DNA of 64,000 bases from Methanobacteriota archaeon (GTDB taxonomy: Archaea > Thermoplasmatota > Thermoplasmata > RBG-16-68-12). Shown here one piece after another: positions 59,338 to 64,000 of the stretch (positions are counted from its first letter, which is position 1; each line of letters starts with the position of its first letter). The DNA is taken from assembly GCA_005878635.1 (NCBI GenBank), contig VBLS01000110.1, positions 506 through 64,505 on the forward strand. Reading direction: 5' to 3'. A program made the translations under genes and the position numbers. The notes beneath the pieces are model-generated. The model saw only the letters and a list, made by a program, of their open reading frames with translations. It was not told the DNA's origin and made no database searches.

Positions 59338-61008
59338 CTAGCACGAAGCGTCGCAGCCGCGGGCGATCCAGTACAACCGGGCGTATCCGTTGTCGAAGAC
59401 TTTCATGAAGGGCGCATCGTCGAAGCGCGCGATCACGCCGCGATCCATGGGCTCCGCGGGCTCCCACGGGAGAAGCCGGATCCCCTGCTCCATGTCCCGA
59501 TCGATCCAGAGGTACGTCCCGTTGCGTGTGCCGGAAGGCGATGGGATCGGTTGAAGGACCGCGGACGGGTCGATGACGGTCCGGTCCCAGGTGGCGTTCA
59601 AGCCGCCGAACCCAAAGACAATCGAGGACGCGTGGTGGTCCGTGACGATCAGGCCCTCGGCATGGTCCCTCGCCCAATAGGCCGGATCAATTCCCGCCGG
59701 GATCGTGCCCTCTTTCCATCCCGCGAACGTGGACGGTGGCGGGATGCCCGCGAGGCCGTTCGCGACCAAGAGGACCGCGCAGGCGGCGAGGGCGAGATGT
59801 CGCCGAGGCCCGCGAAGGCCTCCCAGATCGAGGAGTCGGGAGAAACCCACCGCCGCGAAGATTCCGAACGGGATGAGCAGGTACTCCAGATGCCGGTAGG
59901 GAATGATCACGCGCGGGGCGACCGCGATGCCGACGAGCGCGGAGAGGAGGAGGATCGCGAGCCAGACGGTGGCATGGAAACCGTCTTTCTCGAAGTCGAG
60001 GAATCGCCTGCCGGCCGCGGAGAAGGAGAGGAGGATGACCAGCGGGACGAAGTAGGCGAGGCCTTCGGGGGGGACCCGGACGGTCGTCCCGGGGACGCTC
60101 CCCAGGATCGTCACCACTCCGATGGCGAGCAAGGTGACCGCAGCGGCGAGCCATGACGCCGCGATCGTCCGGAAGCCCGGAGCTCGAGGTCGGTACCGCC
60201 AGGCGACCCTGGGGCGGAGAGCGACGAGCGCCGCCAAGAGGAGGAGTCCGAAGGCGAAGCCAACGAACAGAAGCCACCACGGTCGGATGTCGACGTCGGT
60301 CAGGATTGACTCGCGGAACGTGGTCGCATAGCCGAACCAATACGCGAGGGTCCCGACGGTGAGGACCGACGCGAAGGCGATCTCGCGTATCGTGCCGGCG
60401 CCGGGGGACCAAGGACGCACCAAGCCTCCGATCGCGATCGCCCCGAGGACCATGACGAGGAAGAAATAGGCCGAGAGGTGATGCGTGACGATCAAAGCCC
60501 CCGAGACCAGGAGCAGCGGTGCGAGGGCTTTCGGATCCGCCCGGAGCCGGAGGAAGAGGACCAGGCCCGCGAACACGAACAGGTCCCCGAGGGTGGCGGG
60601 CGCCGCGTGGGCCGTCGTGTACGCGTGGGGGATGGCGCCCGCGAGGAACGCGGCCGCGAAGAGTCCGAAGCGCGCCTCCTTCGTGATGCGGACCGCGAGG
60701 AGGAACATGGGAACGACGGCGAAGGCTCCGAGGATGGGGATGAGGAGGTTCATGACGGTGGGGACGTCTCCGCCGGCCAGGTCCACCAGGCCTGCCTGCG
60801 GAAAGAAGACGCCGGGAAAGTAGGGGTACGTGATCCCCCATCCGTTGTATACGGTGGAAACGTGGCGGGTGCGAAGGAGGCTCTGAAGGATCGCGAAGTA
60901 TTCGCCGGTGTCGGATCCCCAGTAGAGGAACGACCAGAGCGGCGAAAGGCGAATGGCGATCGCGGCAAGCAGGATCGCCGCCAGGGCCGCTCGAACGGAC
61001 TTCCTCAT
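59338..61008 (-). CDS. Polytopic membrane protein, GT-C/oligosaccharide-transferase-like
   Basis: TM1-R..P...GSD motif, YPYFPG, THHLS, ~12 TMs then soluble tail; within glycosylation cluster. Confidence 0.65.
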   Translation of the reverse strand: MRKSVRAALAAILLAAIAIRLSPLWSFLYWGSDTGEYFAILQSLLRTRHVSTVYNGWGITYPYFPGVFFPQAGLVDLAGGDVPTVMNLLIPILGAFAVVPMFLLAVRITKEARFGLFAAAFLAGAIPHAYTTAHAAPATLGDLFVFAGLVLFLRLRADPKALAPLLLVSGALIVTHHLSAYFFLVMVLGAIAIGGLVRPWSPGAGTIREIAFASVLTVGTLAYWFGYATTFRESILTDVDIRPWWLLFVGFAFGLLLLAALVALRPRVAWRYRPRAPGFRTIAASWLAAAVTLLAIGVVTILGSVPGTTVRVPPEGLAYFVPLVILLSFSAAGRRFLDFEKDGFHATVWLAILLLSALVGIAVAPRVIIPYRHLEYLLIPFGIFAAVGFSRLLDLGGLRGPRRHLALAACAVLLVANGLAGIPPPSTFAGWKEGTIPAGIDPAYWARDHAEGLIVTDHHASSIVFGFGGLNATWDRTVIDPSAVLQPIPSPSGTRNGTYLWIDRDMEQGIRLLPWEPAEPMDRGVIARFDDAPFMKVFDNGYARLYWIARGCDASC

Positions 61009-61115
61009 CCGGCGGCGAACCGGCCCGCTCTGATAAAGCGTTACCGCGATGCCGCTCCGAGATCCGCGTGCAATGGGGTCGCAAACTATTTCCCCGCGAG
61101 ATTTCTCTCCAACTT

Positions 61116-61442
61116 GTGGCGCGTCGTTGCCCGGAGTGCTACGCGGAACTTCCGGACAACGCGGTCTGGGTGTGCCCGACCTGTGGCTACACCCTTCGCA
61201 CCCCTGCGGCGGCGAAGGCGGGGATCGTCTTCATGCTCCTGGGCCTGGCCTTCCTCGGCGTGTTCGTGTATGGCCCCGAGAACCTGGGCCTGACCTCGGG
61301 CATCCTGCCGACGGACCTCGCGAACCTGACGATCGTGAACTTCCCCCTGCTCGTCGTGGGAATGTTCGCGTTCGGCGCATTCCTTGCCGCGGCGGCCGCG
61401 CTCAAGGTCCGGTCCGAGCAGGCCCGCCTTCAGGCCGCCTAG
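61116..61442 (+). CDS. Small zinc-ribbon membrane protein
   Basis: CPEC-x10-CPTCG followed by two TM helices. Confidence 0.72.
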   Translation: MARRCPECYAELPDNAVWVCPTCGYTLRTPAAAKAGIVFMLLGLAFLGVFVYGPENLGLTSGILPTDLANLTIVNFPLLVVGMFAFGAFLAAAAALKVRSEQARLQAA

Positions 61443-64000
61443 AAAAAGTCGTCCAGTTTGAGTTCCTGCGCGTGGTCGTTGGTGAACAGCGAGGCGATCG
61501 CGTCCTCGATCAGGTCGATTCGCTGACGGAGGTAGTTCGACACCTCGAACTGCTGGCTGATACGCTTGGAGATCTCAAGGTATTTTTTCACGGAGCTTTC
61601 GTGGACCGTCAACGTGAGGTTCCCGCCGCATTCGACGCACCGGGCGCGGAGCGGAATGCGCCGGTACTTCGTCCCACACTTCGTGCACCGGACCTGCTGG
61701 CTCGAGAACGCCTTCAAGTTCCCGATGAGATCCGGAAGGAAATGGTGGACCACGATCCGGGCGACGACGTCGTTCGGGTCGACCGCCCGGATTCGGAGGG
61801 CCAGTTCGAGCTGCTTGTCGATCTTCTCCGCCATCGAACCTTCTCCATAGGCCGAGGCAAGAGGGCCCTGAGCCACGCCGCGGGTCCCGTGGGTGTAGGC
61901 GAAGCCCTCGTACTGGAGGACGCTCCCGATCCGCTTCCCCACCGTGTCGATTTGGGGTTCGACTTCCTTCGGGTGGGCGAAACGCTCCGCGGCCTCGAAT
62001 AAGGATAGCGGATAGGCGCTCGAGAGATCGAGGTTGTGGGCCTCCTTGTCGATTTCGTTCGGGTCGATCCGCGTCGTCAGGACGAGCGGGGCGTCCATGA
62101 GGCCTCCGCGCTTGTCGGGCAGGAACGATCGCGAGAAGTTGATCAGGCTGTCGAGCAACAGGATGACGGAATCCTCGTCGCCGTCGCAGTTCCGACGTCG
62201 GGCGGCGATGAGATAGGGATGGGCGAAGCAGGCATTCGCATCCGTGAATCCGACGATTCGGGCGAGCACGCCGCCGCTCGTGTGCGGCGCGAGCGTCACG
62301 ACGAGATGGCCCAGGAGGTCCTGGGGCGTCTTTGCGTCGTAGAAGCGCGCGAGGCCGTACAGTCGCTCGAGCAAATCGTCGACGAAGGCGGCCACGCGGA
62401 CCAGGTATTCCCCTCCGGACCGGGCGAGGAGGATGTCCTGAGGCCGTAGCTCGAGGACCTGGTCCTCCCTCTCCAGGGGACGGCCGTTGCCATCCTGCGA
62501 GTACCCGAGTCGGCGCGCCTCGTCGACCGAGATCCCCGCCTCCTTCGGTGTGAAGTGCGTGAGCGGCAGGTTCGTCATGTCGAATCGAGTCGTGCCGTCC
62601 TTGAACACGTAGATCTCGTGTTTCGCGCGGAGGATCCCCTTCTCGATCGGCTCCGGGGTTTTGTTCTTCGAGATCATCCCTTGGACCGCCTTGATTTCGG
62701 CCGGCTTCGGTTCGCCGAGACGGTCGAGCGCGGTCCGGAGGACCTCCGCGAGGGGAACGCGTTGCCGTGCGGGCCCGTTGCGCGCGACCGTGTGGCCGCC
62801 GCACGAGCACTTCGGGAGGAACCACCGCTTGCCGCAGGAGGAGCAGATGCGGAGGCCCACCTCGACGTCGATGGCGTCCTTCGCGGCCGCATCGAGCAGG
62901 AGCCGCTGCGCACCCCCCTCATGCCCGATCGGGAAGAGGGAATGGGGGGCGGGCTGCATCTTCCGCGGTGCCGCCTTTTCGGGCCGGGCCATCCGCGCGC
63001 CGATCCGAGTCGGGGCCCGGGCCCGGACGGGGAAGCCTGCCAACCGGCTCACGAAGGCGAGCGGATCGGCCTCCTCCGGATTCGGCGCGAGATGGAGGGC
63101 TCCGTCCCGCTCCGAGATCCCGAGCGTCGCGAGCAATACGTCGGTGTGGCGTTCGAGCATCAGGCGGCCCGCTCGCACGGAGTACAAGGCGCCCAGCCGG
63201 ACGAGCGGCTCCCGAAACGCCTCCTCGGCCGGGACGGAGAGGCGGCCTCCCTCGAAGCGTCCGTCGATGGCGATTCGCTCCCGGAGGCGACTCAACTCCT
63301 CTACGGTCAGGTCGTGGAAGAATAGGTTGTGTCGCGGATGGAGGGGGATACGGAGGTCGCGGGACCACGCCATCGCCTGCGCGGCCGATGCGGCCTCCCA
63401 TCCTTCTGGGAGGGAGCCGAGGGCCTCCTGGAGGAGGAGCCCATACCACTCCAGGGAGAAGCCGCCGGGCATGAGCACGTGGTTGTTCTCCAAGAATTCG
63501 CCGAACGGGATCAGGATCTCGCCGAGGTCCGCGATCACCCGGACGTGGCCGGCGAGGCGTTTCGCCGCCGCGGCATCGGGGACCTCGATGAAATCGCCCG
63601 TGTCGAGGACGACGAGGGGCCCTTCGATCGTGTCGCAGGGCGTCACCGCGCCCGCCTTCCCCGGTCGTTCCGTCTTGATCTGCGTCCCGACCGCGATGAA
63701 GTCGTCGAGGATGTGCATCGTTGCGGGATGCAGGGCGACGGCCGCGAGGCCCGTGGCCCGGGTCCGACCGTATCGGAGGCGGAGGCCGCCGGGGCGGCTG
63801 GGATGGCAGAGGACCGGTCGGCCCGCGACGATATTCTGGATGAACACCTCGCTCGGCTCGACCCCGCTGTCTTCCGTGAGCTCCTCCGGTCCCGCATTCT
63901 TCTGCTCGACGTAGGCCGCCACGAACTCCCACCCGTCGATGCGGAGCTTCCGGACATGCTTGAGGATCTTCGGCGCTTTCAAGCACATGCCGTCCGCAAT
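61439..64000 (-). CDS. polC: DNA polymerase D large subunit DP2 (5' partial)
   Basis: LRYGR, ERPGK, RRNCDGDED catalytic motif, GGLMDAPL, C-terminal CxxC...CxxC; frame runs off the window. Confidence 0.96.
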   Translation of the reverse strand: MADGMCLKAPKILKHVRKLRIDGWEFVAAYVEQKNAGPEELTEDSGVEPSEVFIQNIVAGRPVLCHPSRPGGLRLRYGRTRATGLAAVALHPATMHILDDFIAVGTQIKTERPGKAGAVTPCDTIEGPLVVLDTGDFIEVPDAAAAKRLAGHVRVIADLGEILIPFGEFLENNHVLMPGGFSLEWYGLLLQEALGSLPEGWEAASAAQAMAWSRDLRIPLHPRHNLFFHDLTVEELSRLRERIAIDGRFEGGRLSVPAEEAFREPLVRLGALYSVRAGRLMLERHTDVLLATLGISERDGALHLAPNPEEADPLAFVSRLAGFPVRARAPTRIGARMARPEKAAPRKMQPAPHSLFPIGHEGGAQRLLLDAAAKDAIDVEVGLRICSSCGKRWFLPKCSCGGHTVARNGPARQRVPLAEVLRTALDRLGEPKPAEIKAVQGMISKNKTPEPIEKGILRAKHEIYVFKDGTTRFDMTNLPLTHFTPKEAGISVDEARRLGYSQDGNGRPLEREDQVLELRPQDILLARSGGEYLVRVAAFVDDLLERLYGLARFYDAKTPQDLLGHLVVTLAPHTSGGVLARIVGFTDANACFAHPYLIAARRRNCDGDEDSVILLLDSLINFSRSFLPDKRGGLMDAPLVLTTRIDPNEIDKEAHNLDLSSAYPLSLFEAAERFAHPKEVEPQIDTVGKRIGSVLQYEGFAYTHGTRGVAQGPLASAYGEGSMAEKIDKQLELALRIRAVDPNDVVARIVVHHFLPDLIGNLKAFSSQQVRCTKCGTKYRRIPLRARCVECGGNLTLTVHESSVKKYLEISKRISQQFEVSNYLRQRIDLIEDAIASLFTNDHAQELKLDDFF

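Noticed and set aside
61439..64000. Possible intein in DP2 (also checked in gyrA/gyrB)
   Set aside because: Motifs are contiguous and lengths normal; no splice or LAGLIDADG signatures seen

Overview
GC-rich archaeal chromosomal segment. The ftsZ-secE-spt5-rpl11-rpl1-P0-L12 cluster, PolD large subunit, pantoate kinase, RaSEA and bacterial-type gyrase point to Thermoplasmatota; a non-methanogenic soil/sediment lineage is my inference. Most of it is housekeeping: PPDK end, tmk, CoA genes, folC, nth, gyrAB, cysS, CBS/CGL, tRNA-Cys, tRNA-Thr, two tandem ftsZ, ribosomal proteins, a glycosylation cluster and DP2. Accessory blocks are a bacterial-like glycosyltransferase/phosphotransferase/ABC operon (5-12.5 kb), a TrmB-permease-phosphoesterase-nucleotidyltransferase-amidase block splitting rpl11 from rpl1, and a region after tRNA-Thr. 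The best candidate for an undescribed system is a 39-aa ORF missing from the supplied track (52537-52656, minus strand) that ends in four Cys-Cys pairs. It has its own terminator and an operator-like palindrome, and lies divergent from a TrmB regulator carrying CxC and CC motifs, suggesting an archaeal metallothionein-like metal/metalloid response module. Also notable: a tRNA-Cys with A73 near a motif-deviant CysRS, an L1-type autoregulatory leader, Spt5 with an extra N-terminal domain, and a membrane-anchored SAP/4x zinc-ribbon protein. All calls come from reading motifs by eye; no searches were run.
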